From contig CAUZFB010000005.1 in the NCBI GenBank assembly GCA_963579135.1, positions 14,020-78,019 of the forward strand: DNA of 64,000 bases. Reading direction: 5' to 3'. Position numbers and translations under genes: made by a program. Under the pieces are notes generated by a model. It was not told the DNA's origin. It did not search any database and saw nothing but the letters and a program-made list of their open reading frames with translations. Shown here piece after piece: positions 1 through 9,568 of this stretch. The DNA is from Dehalococcoidia bacterium (GTDB lineage: Bacteria > Chloroflexota > Dehalococcoidia > Lucifugimonadales > Australimonadaceae). Position 1 is the first letter of the stretch; each line of letters starts with the position of its first letter.

Positions 1-1
1 C

Positions 2-1192
2 TCGCTGGCCACCGCGCTGCTGTTCCTAACCATCGCCGCGCCACTGCAACTCACTGGGGCCTGGATCACTGTCGCTTGGGCCGCTGAAGGAGCCATCCTC
101 GTTTGGATCGGCTTCACTGTGGTCAGCAACCGCGTTCGCATATTTGCGCTGGGTGTCTTCGCTATCGCCGTCTTCCGGCTCTTGGCATTCGACACCTTCT
201 GGCTGAACGCTCGCGAATTCGAACTCTTCGTCAACGACCGATTCCCAACCTTCGTTGTCAGCATCGCCGCACTCTATGTCGCCGCATTCCTCTACCGAAG
301 CCGGCGTGCATCCTCCTCGGAGTGGGAACGCGACGTCGAAAGCGTCCTGATCGTCGGTGCCAATCTGCTCACAGTCTGGGTGTTAACTGCTGAAGTCTTC
401 AGCTACTTCGAACGCCGCGCCCTCGAAGCTCTGGCTTCCGAATACCGGGACGACGCCCGCAACGCCCAGATCTCAGCCATCACGGTCACGTGCGCTCTGT
501 ACGCCATGGGCCTCGTGGCCATCGCCTTCGCGCGAGGCGTGCCCGTGTTACGTTGGTTGGGGCTCGGTTTGATCGGCGTGGTAGCCGCCAAGTTCGTCCT
601 CTACGACACCTTCCTCCTGGGCAGTCCACGATCCTCGCTCCTGCTCGTCGCCAACTTCTACTTCATCTCCGCCATCGCCGTTGTCGCCTTGGTCATGTTC
701 GCGGCATTCATGACCTCCCGGCATCGTGACCAACTGCTGCCCAGCAACCGGCAGCTATTCACGGGCCTCGTCATACTCGCCAACGTCATCGCCCTCTGGG
801 GGCTGTCGGTAGAGTCGTGGCGCTACCTCAGCGGCGTCGAGCGAGACGGTACCCAAAATCTCGAAAGCGCGAAGCACCTAACACTTACCGTCCTGTGGAC
901 GGTGTACGCCATCGGCCTCATCGCAGTCGGAGTCGTCAGGCGCTCAAGAACCCTACGGCTCGCCGGGATCGCTCTCATCCTATTGCCCATCGCAAAGCTG
1001 TTTGCGTTCGATGTCTTCCTCCTGGTGAGGGGATACCGCGCCGCGGCGTTCATATCTCTAGGCGTTATGCTGCTGGCGCTCGGCCTCGCCTACCAACGCT
1101 ACAGCGGAATCTTCAGAGGCTTCTTCATGGGTGAACAGAGCGGCCGCCAGCCCCAAGCAGAAACCGAGACCAAAGAAGAAGCGGATGAGTAG
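2..1192 (+). CDS. DUF2339-like polytopic membrane protein, 5' truncated by window edge
   Basis: Frame is open from base 2 (SLATALLFLTIAAPLQLTGAWITVAWAAEG...). Many TM helices with repeated 'KLxxxD' units; C-terminal 'YRAAAFISLGVMLL'. Confidence 0.75.
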   Translation, partial: SLATALLFLTIAAPLQLTGAWITVAWAAEGAILVWIGFTVVSNRVRIFALGVFAIAVFRLLAFDTFWLNAREFELFVNDRFPTFVVSIAALYVAAFLYRSRRASSSEWERDVESVLIVGANLLTVWVLTAEVFSYFERRALEALASEYRDDARNAQISAITVTCALYAMGLVAIAFARGVPVLRWLGLGLIGVVAAKFVLYDTFLLGSPRSSLLLVANFYFISAIAVVALVMFAAFMTSRHRDQLLPSNRQLFTGLVILANVIALWGLSVESWRYLSGVERDGTQNLESAKHLTLTVLWTVYAIGLIAVGVVRRSRTLRLAGIALILLPIAKLFAFDVFLLVRGYRAAAFISLGVMLLALGLAYQRYSGIFRGFFMGEQSGRQPQAETETKEEADE

Positions 1193-2501
1193 GCTCAGCA
1201 GAATAACCCTGCTCGTGACAGCCGTCGCTCTGGCGCTGATCGCCGCGCCGGTCGCGGCAGACTACGCCAAGTCCGACTGGCAGTATTTCAAGGCCATCGA
1301 GCTTCCCCTCGGAGCCGATCGCGACGGTCTCGTAGAAGTACCCATCGACGCCCAAACGTTCGAAGGCTCTTCGCGTGGACTGGCCGATGTCAGAATCGTA
1401 GCGTCAAGCTCTGGCGCTGGCGACGAAACACAGTACAAGCTCGTCATCGAACGCGCCGAGCGCCGGCGCAGCGCCGTCTCTCTCAACATGCGTGACTTGG
1501 GTTCCGTACAGCGCTCGCACACACAATTCGTGCTGACCCTCAGCCAACCCGGGAATCTCCACAACGAGGTCGAGATCCTCACCAGCTCGCGCAATTTCCA
1601 ACGTCGGGTCACGGTCGAATCCAGCACGGACGGCACCACCTGGGCGATGCTCAAAGACAACGCTGAGATCTACGACTTCACCATCGCCGACCGCAGCGTC
1701 ACCACCCGCGACAATCACGTCCGCTACCCCGTCTCCACCGCGCCACAGATCAGGATCACCATCATCGATGAGAACGAGCCGCCCCTTGACGTGCAGGGGG
1801 CAACAGGGTTCTTCATTGACGATATCGGCGTCCGCGAGATCGAATGGCCGGCCACAGTATCAAATCGCGCGCTGGACAGCGAACGGGGAATCTCGCATAC
1901 CGTGTTCGACCTGGGCGGCCACGGCCGTCCAGCCAATCGGCTCGACCTCCAGACCAATCAAATCAATTTCTACCGCGACGTCAACCTCGCAGGAAGCGAC
2001 GACGGCACCTGGTGGATCTCACTTCGCACGTCAGCCAACATTTACGCGTCCGATACTCCTCGTTTCCGAGGTAATGCGCTTTCTCTGGGCTTCGCAGACT
2101 CTGCGTTCCGGTTCTACCGGCTCTCTGTTTTCAACGCAGACAACCCACCGCTAGACCCACTGTTGGGAACGGTGTACGGACCCGCCCACAACCTCATCTT
2201 CCAACCGCACCCAGGCGCCCGCTATCGCCTCTACTACGGCAACCCCTTGGCACGGACACCCTCATACGAACTTGAGCATCTCCTGCCGTACCTCGTCACG
2301 GAAAACCTGCCTCGCGCGCAAATGGGCACCCAATCAGCCAATCCGTCGTATAGCCGCCCGCCTACCCCCACAAAACCGTTCACCGAGCGCTATCCCTGGC
2401 TGCTACCGCTGACCCTTACCGTGGGTGGCCTTATCATCGGATTCTTACTGACACGCCTATGGGTTGAAGTGAAACAGAAGCTGCCACCTCCCCCAGCTTA
2501 G
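1185..2501 (+). CDS. DUF3999-like exported protein with C-terminal membrane anchor
   Basis: ATG 1185 overlaps the upstream stop. Signal peptide (…APVAA|D), WQYFKAI start, two beta-rich repeats (VESSTDGTTW / LAGSDDGTWW), 'YRLYYGNP..PSYEL', C-terminal TM. Confidence 0.7.
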   Translation: MSRLSRITLLVTAVALALIAAPVAADYAKSDWQYFKAIELPLGADRDGLVEVPIDAQTFEGSSRGLADVRIVASSSGAGDETQYKLVIERAERRRSAVSLNMRDLGSVQRSHTQFVLTLSQPGNLHNEVEILTSSRNFQRRVTVESSTDGTTWAMLKDNAEIYDFTIADRSVTTRDNHVRYPVSTAPQIRITIIDENEPPLDVQGATGFFIDDIGVREIEWPATVSNRALDSERGISHTVFDLGGHGRPANRLDLQTNQINFYRDVNLAGSDDGTWWISLRTSANIYASDTPRFRGNALSLGFADSAFRFYRLSVFNADNPPLDPLLGTVYGPAHNLIFQPHPGARYRLYYGNPLARTPSYELEHLLPYLVTENLPRAQMGTQSANPSYSRPPTPTKPFTERYPWLLPLTLTVGGLIIGFLLTRLWVEVKQKLPPPPA

Positions 2502-2534
2502 GCAGCGCGCGCTGCGGGGAACACACCTCGCCGC

Positions 2535-2891
2535 TCACCGGGCTCGAGGATCCCTACGGTAGAACGCCACGCCCGCAAGCATGATCCCCACTCCGATACC
2601 AACCGGTATCGTCAGCAGAAAGATCACGGCGGCTTGGTCGCCCATTTCACTCCGACCGGCCAAGACAAACAGCCAACCCGCGAACAAGCCCAAAGCAGCT
2701 CCACCAGTTATCCCCACTATCGCCCACCACAAGAACGCTCGCCAGCGCCAGCCCACGAGCAACGCCACGGCGAACGCGGCCAGCACCGCGACAGCCAGCG
2801 CCCGACGCCCTGAGATCACCAGGAAAGCGGGCAAAAGCACACCCACGCTCCATGTGGCCGCTGACGTCAGAATCCCCTTGAGCTTGTCCAT
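2535..2891 (-). CDS. Small hypothetical membrane protein (~118 aa)
   Basis: MDKLKGILTSA... with about 4 hydrophobic segments. The longer ORF call extends antisense into prmA and was trimmed. Confidence 0.6.
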   Translation of the reverse strand: MDKLKGILTSAATWSVGVLLPAFLVISGRRALAVAVLAAFAVALLVGWRWRAFLWWAIVGITGGAALGLFAGWLFVLAGRSEMGDQAAVIFLLTIPVGIGVGIMLAGVAFYRRDPRAR

Positions 2892-2982
2892 GCCCGCAAT
2901 CATCCCACATCCGGTAATGCAAAACGCATCTCCCTCACGGGGCCCGCGCGCAACGAGGCACTCTCCGTGTAGCCTAGAAGGC

Positions 2983-3897
2983 ATGCCTTCTACAAAAAAC
3001 TGGATCGAATTCAAAGTCGAAGTCCCCTTCGAGTTCGTGGAGCCCGTTGCCGAACTGTTCCGCCGGTTCGGCAAAGGCGGCGTTGCCATTGAAGAAGCAG
3101 GCGGATGGAACCCCGACGAAGGCGAGGCTCGTCCTGAACGCCCGAATGCCATCCTCCGCACGTACATGCCCCAAACGCCAGCGTTCCGCTCGAACCGCGA
3201 GATGGTCCATATAGGGATCGAACTCATCTCCAAGCTCACCGACGTCTCGCCCCTGGAAGAGCGCGATATCGCAGAGCAGGAATGGGAGGACGCCTGGAAG
3301 GCCCACTTCACGCCCCTCCGCATCGGCAAACGACTCATCGTTCAGCCTCCCTGGCGACGCGGCGAAGAGCGTCCTGACGACGTCGTCATCGAGATCGACC
3401 CGGGCCTTGCATTCGGCACCGGACACCACCCCACCACCCATCGGGTCCTGGAAGCCATGGAGCGTCTACTGGAGCCGGGGCAGAACGTCCTGGACGTCGG
3501 CGCAGGCTCCGGCATCCTCACGGTCGGCGCCGCCAAACTCGGCGCAGGGAAGATCATCGGCGTCGAGATCGACAATATTGCCCTCAAAGCGGGTCGCGCC
3601 AACCTGCGCGCAAATGGCGTTTCCGGCGTCGCCCGCTTCTACGCCGGCACCCTGCCCAACGACCACGTCCCCGAAGGTTGGGCCGACTTGGTGCTCGCCA
3701 ACGTCAACTCCGTCGCCCTCGCCAAGCTCGCCCCAGAGCTCGCCCGTGCCAGCAAGCCCGGCGGCTGGGTCGTCGCCGCAGGCATCCTCACCGAGCGCCA
3801 GCAAGGTGTCGAAGACGCCTTCGCCGCTGCAGGCCTCGCCATCCCCGAACGCATCTACGACGACGATTGGGTCGCCCTCATCTGCACCAGCAGCTAG
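2983..3897 (+). CDS. prmA: Ribosomal protein L11 methyltransferase
   Basis: WEDAWKAHF, IDPGLAFGTGHHPTT, VLDVGAGSGIL motifs. Confidence 0.93.
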   Translation: MPSTKNWIEFKVEVPFEFVEPVAELFRRFGKGGVAIEEAGGWNPDEGEARPERPNAILRTYMPQTPAFRSNREMVHIGIELISKLTDVSPLEERDIAEQEWEDAWKAHFTPLRIGKRLIVQPPWRRGEERPDDVVIEIDPGLAFGTGHHPTTHRVLEAMERLLEPGQNVLDVGAGSGILTVGAAKLGAGKIIGVEIDNIALKAGRANLRANGVSGVARFYAGTLPNDHVPEGWADLVLANVNSVALAKLAPELARASKPGGWVVAAGILTERQQGVEDAFAAAGLAIPERIYDDDWVALICTSS

Positions 3898-4018
3898 GAC
3901 CAGTCGCGCGCGGCGCGGGACGGCTAGGAATCAAGAGTGCTCAATGCAAGAATGCGTTTCGCTTATCGCTAGGACGGGGGCGTAACATGCGCGGCACTAA
4001 CCATCGCGGAGGCATCTC

Positions 4019-5014
4019 ATGGCCAAGCTCCAGCTCAGTCTCGCGTTCAGCCCGAACCCTCGCAGCAAACCCATCCTCGACGGCATCGTCGAGCCGGAAG
4101 GCATCGACCTCTTCTGCTCGCGCGTACCACCGGGTGAACTCTTTCACCGACAACTGACGCACCAGGAATTCGACGTCTCAGAGATGTCCATTTCATCCCT
4201 CCTGATGATCACCGCCCAGGGCAATCGTGACTGGGTTGCGTTGCCCATCTTCACCACGCGTCACTTCTTTGGCACGCAGGCCATCGCACGCAACGCCGCG
4301 GGCATCGAGACCGGCGACCAGCTCAAGGGCAAACGTGTGGGGGTCAACGAGTACCAACAGACCGCGGCGCTGTGGTCTCGCGGCTTCTTTCACCATGAGT
4401 ACAACGTCGCTGCCCAAGACGTCGAATGGTGGATGGAGCGAACGCCCGAGTACTCGCACGCTGGCGCCGTCGGGTTCCAAGTACCCCCGGGCGTCACGCT
4501 CAAATTCATCCCCGAAAACAAGAGCATGGGCCAGATGATGATGGATGGTGAGCTCGACGCTATCCAGCACTACTTCTGGGGCGGGGGCGGCATCAACCGA
4601 AGCACCATCGATCTCGCCAAACAACCTGAGATGCACTACATCTTCGGCGACCCCCAGGCTGAGGCCACCAGGTACTACAACAAGACTGGTATCTTCCCCT
4701 TCAATCACACCGTCATTGTTCGCCGGTCTATCTACGAAGCCAACCCCTGGATCGGTCGCAACCTTCTTGAAGCGTTCGACAGCGCCAAGCAGCTCCACTA
4801 CGCCGAGCGGCGTGAAGCCACTCAGCCCTGGCTCGAAACCGGCGTCATGGCGTCGGAAAGCAGAAAGAGCCTGGACACTGACATTTTCCCGTACGGGCTC
4901 GCGGCCAACCGAATGGTCATTGAAAAAGCCATGGAGTACTCCACCGAGCAAGGTCTAACGCCACGAGTCCTCACCCCTGAAGAGGTCTACGCCCCGAACC
5001 TCCTCGACACCTAG
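4019..5014 (+). CDS. 4,5-dihydroxyphthalate decarboxylase-like protein (periplasmic-binding-protein fold, no signal peptide)
   Basis: EFDVSEMSISS, LPIF, LKGKRVGV.EYQQTAALW.RG, TGIFP.NH, PYGLAANR motifs; GGAGG RBS. Confidence 0.7.
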   Translation: MAKLQLSLAFSPNPRSKPILDGIVEPEGIDLFCSRVPPGELFHRQLTHQEFDVSEMSISSLLMITAQGNRDWVALPIFTTRHFFGTQAIARNAAGIETGDQLKGKRVGVNEYQQTAALWSRGFFHHEYNVAAQDVEWWMERTPEYSHAGAVGFQVPPGVTLKFIPENKSMGQMMMDGELDAIQHYFWGGGGINRSTIDLAKQPEMHYIFGDPQAEATRYYNKTGIFPFNHTVIVRRSIYEANPWIGRNLLEAFDSAKQLHYAERREATQPWLETGVMASESRKSLDTDIFPYGLAANRMVIEKAMEYSTEQGLTPRVLTPEEVYAPNLLDT

Positions 5015-5055
5015 CTGGCGGGGACCCAGCGCCACCTCGAACTGCAGTTCAACAA

Positions 5056-5100
5056 AAAGAAGGCGCACCACAGAACTGTGGTGCGCCTTCTTTCAGTTTT
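5056..5100 (+). terminator. Intrinsic terminator
   Basis: Perfect 18-bp inverted repeat aaagaaggcgcaccacag / ctgtggtgcgccttcttt followed by T-rich sequence. Confidence 0.8.
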
Positions 5101-5345
5101 GGCACGTTTGGCTCCGCTGGGTGCAGCCCGCGCGTCAAAGAGCAAGCCCGTACTGCGATAACATAGATTCATTTAAGAAAACGCGTGGAGCCTCTTGAAA
5201 CCACCGCTCAGGCCATTTACCAATTAAGGGAGGGCGTGCGGCAGCAGCGAAACAACGCTACCTGTCACCGATACAACCGCAACCATTACCGTTATCATTA
5301 CCGGCCTCGGCCGTATACTCAACCACATGTCAGGAACACCTCAAA

Positions 5346-5900
5346 ATGTTTGAAGCCATCGGAATCGGATTGACTACGTTCCTCCTGGGAATTGTTTACG
5401 CCAGCTTCGCAGAGTGGGTCATCCACAAATACATGATGCATCGGCCGATTTTCGGGTACAGCCACTTCTACGTGGCCCACGCCCAGGTTCACCACGCCAA
5501 GTACCAAGCAAACGCGGCCTACTGGCTCGGTGACCGTCCCGCGGTAGACCTCACATTCGCCCCGTGGGCTATGCCCTTCCCCGCCCTATTTCACGCCCCA
5601 TACCTGATTGCCATCGGAATCTGGATAAGCATCCCTGCTGCTATTGGCCCCTTTGTGGCCTTCATCGTGTATCAGGCCACCTATGAATACTTTCACTTCT
5701 GCATGCACGTGCCCAAGGGCCGCTGGTTTGAGCAGAACCGCATCTTCAAGTTCATGAACGAGCATCACTACCAGCACCACCAGAAGGCCAACACCAACCT
5801 CAACGTGGTACTACCGCTAGCGGACTGGATCTTGGGGACGCGTCGAAAGTTGGTGGAGCCGATGGCGGCCAAGACGTTGACGTTGGCAAAAGGAGCGTAG
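5346..5900 (+). CDS. Fatty acid hydroxylase / sterol desaturase superfamily di-iron membrane enzyme
   Basis: His boxes EWVIHKYMMH, HAQVHH, YEYFHFCMH, HHYQHH; ends DWILGT. Confidence 0.8.
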   Translation: MFEAIGIGLTTFLLGIVYASFAEWVIHKYMMHRPIFGYSHFYVAHAQVHHAKYQANAAYWLGDRPAVDLTFAPWAMPFPALFHAPYLIAIGIWISIPAAIGPFVAFIVYQATYEYFHFCMHVPKGRWFEQNRIFKFMNEHHYQHHQKANTNLNVVLPLADWILGTRRKLVEPMAAKTLTLAKGA

Positions 5901-5957
5901 GGGCGCGCGCAGCGTACGGGCTGAAGCGGGCCGTGGCTAGCGAATAGTTAAACCGCC

Positions 5958-6974
5958 CTACTCGGGCCTCGGCTCACGCACCATCAGCGCTGCCAGCGCG
6001 TCACGCGGCGACAGGCCGTCGAACAGCACGTGGCAGGTCAACTCCGTGATAGGCATCTCCACGCCGTAGGCTCGCGCCATCTGGAGGGCCGCGGCAGCTG
6101 TCGTCACGCCCTCCGCGACCTCGCCGCCAAGCGCATCGATCGCCTGCTCAAGCGTCTTACCCTCGGCCAGCGCGATCCCTATGCGATGGTTGCGCGACAA
6201 CCCACTGGCCGCAGTTGCCATCAGATCACCCAAGCCTGCGTTGCCCATGAACGTCATCGGCTGCGCTCCTGCAGCGACGCCAAGCCGTGTCATCTCGGCC
6301 AGCCCACGGGTCAGGAATCCCGCCTTCGCGTTGTCACCAAGACCCATTCCATCGACCACCCCCGCGCCTATCGCGATGATGTTCTTCAGCGCACCGCCGA
6401 GCTCCACACCGATGACATCCGTGTTCGTGTACACACGAAACGTCATCGAGTTCATCAGCGCCTGTGCCTCGCGGGCAACCCTCTCGTCTGCCGACGCAAC
6501 CACCGTCGAAGTCGGCAGATCGCGAACCACCTCGCGCGCCAGGTTCGGCCCTGAAAGCACCACCAAGCGTCCAGAAATCTCTGGCAGCTCTTCGACCAAC
6601 AACTGCATCATCGGCACGCCAGACCCCGTCTCTAACCCCTTCGTCGCGCAAATCACCAAGGGCCTGTGGCCTAGGTACGGCCTCGCGCGGCGAGCGTTCT
6701 CGCGCAACGTCCGGCTCGGCACTGCGAACAGCACCGCTGCGACGTCTTGGAGGCCATCACCCCAATCGTCCGTCACCGACAACGAGTCTGGAAACGTCAC
6801 GCCCGGCAAGCGCTCATGTTCCCGCGCCGCCGCCAACGTCCGCACCTCATCCGGCGTCCGCGCCAACAATCGGACCTCAATACCACGGCGCGCCATGATC
6901 ACTGCCAACGTGGTGCCCCACGTCGTCGTACCAACCACTGCCACCGGACCCTGCGGATGTGTCTCTCTAGCCAT
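5958..6974 (-). CDS. gpsA: NAD(P)H-dependent glycerol-3-phosphate dehydrogenase
   Basis: VGTTTWGT, ATKGLE, LSGPNLAREV, GGALKNIIA, GLGDL..T..SRN, VAEG. Confidence 0.95.
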   Translation of the reverse strand: MARETHPQGPVAVVGTTTWGTTLAVIMARRGIEVRLLARTPDEVRTLAAAREHERLPGVTFPDSLSVTDDWGDGLQDVAAVLFAVPSRTLRENARRARPYLGHRPLVICATKGLETGSGVPMMQLLVEELPEISGRLVVLSGPNLAREVVRDLPTSTVVASADERVAREAQALMNSMTFRVYTNTDVIGVELGGALKNIIAIGAGVVDGMGLGDNAKAGFLTRGLAEMTRLGVAAGAQPMTFMGNAGLGDLMATAASGLSRNHRIGIALAEGKTLEQAIDALGGEVAEGVTTAAAALQMARAYGVEMPITELTCHVLFDGLSPRDALAALMVREPRPE

Positions 6975-7043
6975 AGGCGCTCAGAATACCACCGGCGCGC
7001 CAGACGCTCACGCGCACGGCGTCCCTGGCTCACAAGCCTGGTC

Positions 7044-7052
7044 TGTTACAAT
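7044..7052 (+). promoter_or_regulatory. Putative extended -10 promoter for the RRM gene (5' UTR about 110 nt)
   Basis: TG-t-TACAAT at 7044-7052. Confidence 0.45.
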
Positions 7053-7168
7053 GGCTCCAGCCCTAATCGTCCCGGTCGTTTCCTCGTTTGTCGGTCAGAC
7101 ACCACGCATGCAGCGGTGCTTCCGTAAGATCTGGGTCCTAATACCACTCTTTATAGGAGCAACTACTT

Positions 7169-7423
7169 ATGCGTATCTTCGTTGGAAACCTGAACTACCA
7201 AACCGATGACAACGGCCTCCGCGCCGCGTTCGAGCCCTTTGGTGATGTCACCGAGGCGAACGTCGTCGTCGACCGCTACACGGATCGCTCCCGAGGCTTC
7301 GGCTTCGTGGACATGCCTGACAACGGCCAGGCAGTGGCTGCCATAAACGGCCTCAACGGCCAAGACCTCGACGACCGCAAGCTGACCGTCAACGAGTCCC
7401 AGCCCAAAGAACGCCGCAACTAA
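7169..7423 (+). CDS. RRM-domain RNA-binding protein
   Basis: RNP2 IFVGNL and RNP1 RGFGFVDM; AGGAG RBS. Confidence 0.93.
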   Translation: MRIFVGNLNYQTDDNGLRAAFEPFGDVTEANVVVDRYTDRSRGFGFVDMPDNGQAVAAINGLNGQDLDDRKLTVNESQPKERRN

Positions 7424-7462
7424 GCAGCATTCGGCTGGACTGATTCTGCCAGTAGAGAACCC

Positions 7463-7493
7463 AAGAGCCCTCCGGTGTCGGGAGGGCCTCTTT
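7463..7493 (+). terminator. Intrinsic terminator after RRM gene
   Basis: GC-rich stem gccctcc / ggagggc followed by ctcttt. Confidence 0.65.
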
Positions 7494-7667
7494 GTGTCAG
7501 TGAACAACAAAAGGCAACACCTAAACGCCCCAAAAAGTGTCTACCTCCCGCGCTCGGCAAGCACGCCTACCTGCCATAATATGAACCTGCGTGGCCAGGC
7601 AAGAAGGCATCTCCGGACACCCCACAACCACCCTGACCCAGGGTGACGTTAGGACGACACTCGACCG

Positions 7668-9485
7668 ATGCAGTTGCGCAGCCACCAGCAGGACATGCTC
7701 GACATCGTGCGGCGCATCAAAGCGGGCGCCCCCATCAGGGACATCTACGCGGCAGTCACTCCAGGCGCTGGCAAGAGTTGGCTGCCGGTCATCGCCGCTA
7801 GAGAGCTCATCCCCACAATCGCCGACAAGATCTGCTGGGTCGTGCCCCGCACGAACCTCGCTCGCCAGGCCGAGGATGTCTTCGCCAACAACAGCGCCAT
7901 TCAAGAACTCCTCGCCCATAACCACCTCATCCGGATGGCCCGTAACGAAGTCGACCCCACGCGGGGGCTCTCCGGCTATGTCAGCACCTACCAGGCCATC
8001 GGCATGGACGCCAACGGCCAGCACGCCCGGGAGTTCCAGCAGCACCGCTACATCCTCATCCTCGACGAGCCCCACCACATCGCCGATGAGGCCCAATGGC
8101 CGGAGCGACTTGCCCCGCTGATTGAAAACGCCACGCTCCGCATCTTCATGAGCGGCACCTTCGAGCGCCACGACCGGCGCCGCATCGCCTTCCTCCCCTA
8201 TAAAAAAACCTCCACGGGCGATTACCCCGACCTCGACAGCGACACCGCTGGCACCTCCGCCTACATCGAGTATGGCCGGGAGCGGGCCATCGCCGAGGGC
8301 TCCATCGCCAACCTCATCTTCCGGCGCCACGATGCAGGCGGGCTCGCCTGGGAGACCGCTGAGGGCGAGCAGAAATCGTTCGGATCCTTCACTGATACCG
8401 TCGGCAAAGACGCCAAAGCCGCTCTCTGGACCGCGCTGACTCAGAAGTACGCCTTCGACCTCCTTGCGCGCGGCCTCGATAGCTGGCTCGGCTTCCGGCA
8501 GCACAACAAATGGGCAAAGCTACTCGTGGTCGCCCACAGCCAGGCCCGTGCCGAAGAGCTCAACGCTCACCTCGTCGAGATGGGTGTCACGTCAGACATC
8601 GCCATCAGCAACGACTCGCCCGCCGCCACCAAAGCCATCGACCGATTCAAAGGCCTACGCAGGCCGCGACTCGACGCCCTCGTCACCGTTCAGATGGCTT
8701 ACGAAGGCATGGACGTACCCCAGATCAGCCACGTCGTCTGTCTCACCGGTATCCGCAGCAAACCCTGGCTTGAGCAATGCTTCGCCCGAGCAGCCCGCAT
8801 CTACGGCGGCAAGAGTCACGGCTACATCTGGGTACCCGACGATCCGCTGTTCCGCAACGTTTACGAGCAGATCGTCGATGAGCAGAACCGAGGCGCCTAC
8901 GTCCCCCCTGAGCCAGAGGAAGCCCCCATGCTCACTTGGGCCCTCCAACTGCCTGCGGAGATAACTGCCGTCCCCGCAGGCCTCGCCATAACCCCACTCG
9001 ACGCCAGCGTAGGCGCCGAAACCAACTCCGATCTCACTGGCGCCACGCTCACCGCTGAGGAGACCGACCGCTTCGCCAGCATCGCCTACGAAGCGGGCGT
9101 CTTCGGCCTCGCCCCCATCCAGATCCAGGCCCTCATCAGCGAGGGTCAACTACCTTACGCGACGGGCATTACCAGCGACCAACTCCGCAAGATGCAACAG
9201 CGCTACGCCAAGAATGCCACCACCAAGCCCACACCCACCGCACCGGCGGGGCTGCGACCGTCCGACAGCGAGCAGAAGTACCGAGATCGCATCTCACGCT
9301 GGATTAAGAAACATGCCTACAAGCGCTGGCCCGGCGAAACCCCGGACGTTCGTGTCAGGCGCACCGCCTACATCAAGACCGTAAACTCAACTCTCCTCCA
9401 GGCGTTCGGCCCTCGCGACCGCCTCCGCATGGAGGGTCTCGTCGCCCTCTGGAACCACGTCCAGCGCTACTTCCCCGCCAACTAG
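7668..9485 (+). CDS. Superfamily 2 (DExH) helicase with unassigned C-terminal extension
   Basis: Walker A TPGAGKS, VVP, TYQ, DEPHH, MSGT, EGMDVP, motif VI-like QCFARAAR. Confidence 0.8.
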   Translation: MQLRSHQQDMLDIVRRIKAGAPIRDIYAAVTPGAGKSWLPVIAARELIPTIADKICWVVPRTNLARQAEDVFANNSAIQELLAHNHLIRMARNEVDPTRGLSGYVSTYQAIGMDANGQHAREFQQHRYILILDEPHHIADEAQWPERLAPLIENATLRIFMSGTFERHDRRRIAFLPYKKTSTGDYPDLDSDTAGTSAYIEYGRERAIAEGSIANLIFRRHDAGGLAWETAEGEQKSFGSFTDTVGKDAKAALWTALTQKYAFDLLARGLDSWLGFRQHNKWAKLLVVAHSQARAEELNAHLVEMGVTSDIAISNDSPAATKAIDRFKGLRRPRLDALVTVQMAYEGMDVPQISHVVCLTGIRSKPWLEQCFARAARIYGGKSHGYIWVPDDPLFRNVYEQIVDEQNRGAYVPPEPEEAPMLTWALQLPAEITAVPAGLAITPLDASVGAETNSDLTGATLTAEETDRFASIAYEAGVFGLAPIQIQALISEGQLPYATGITSDQLRKMQQRYAKNATTKPTPTAPAGLRPSDSEQKYRDRISRWIKKHAYKRWPGETPDVRVRRTAYIKTVNSTLLQAFGPRDRLRMEGLVALWNHVQRYFPAN

Positions 9486-9568
9486 GCAGTGCCCCCGGGC
9501 CGACCTCACCGCCAAGAATGCACAAGCGGGCAAAGCGAAGGTGAGTGAGACGAGGGAACCACGAGCCC

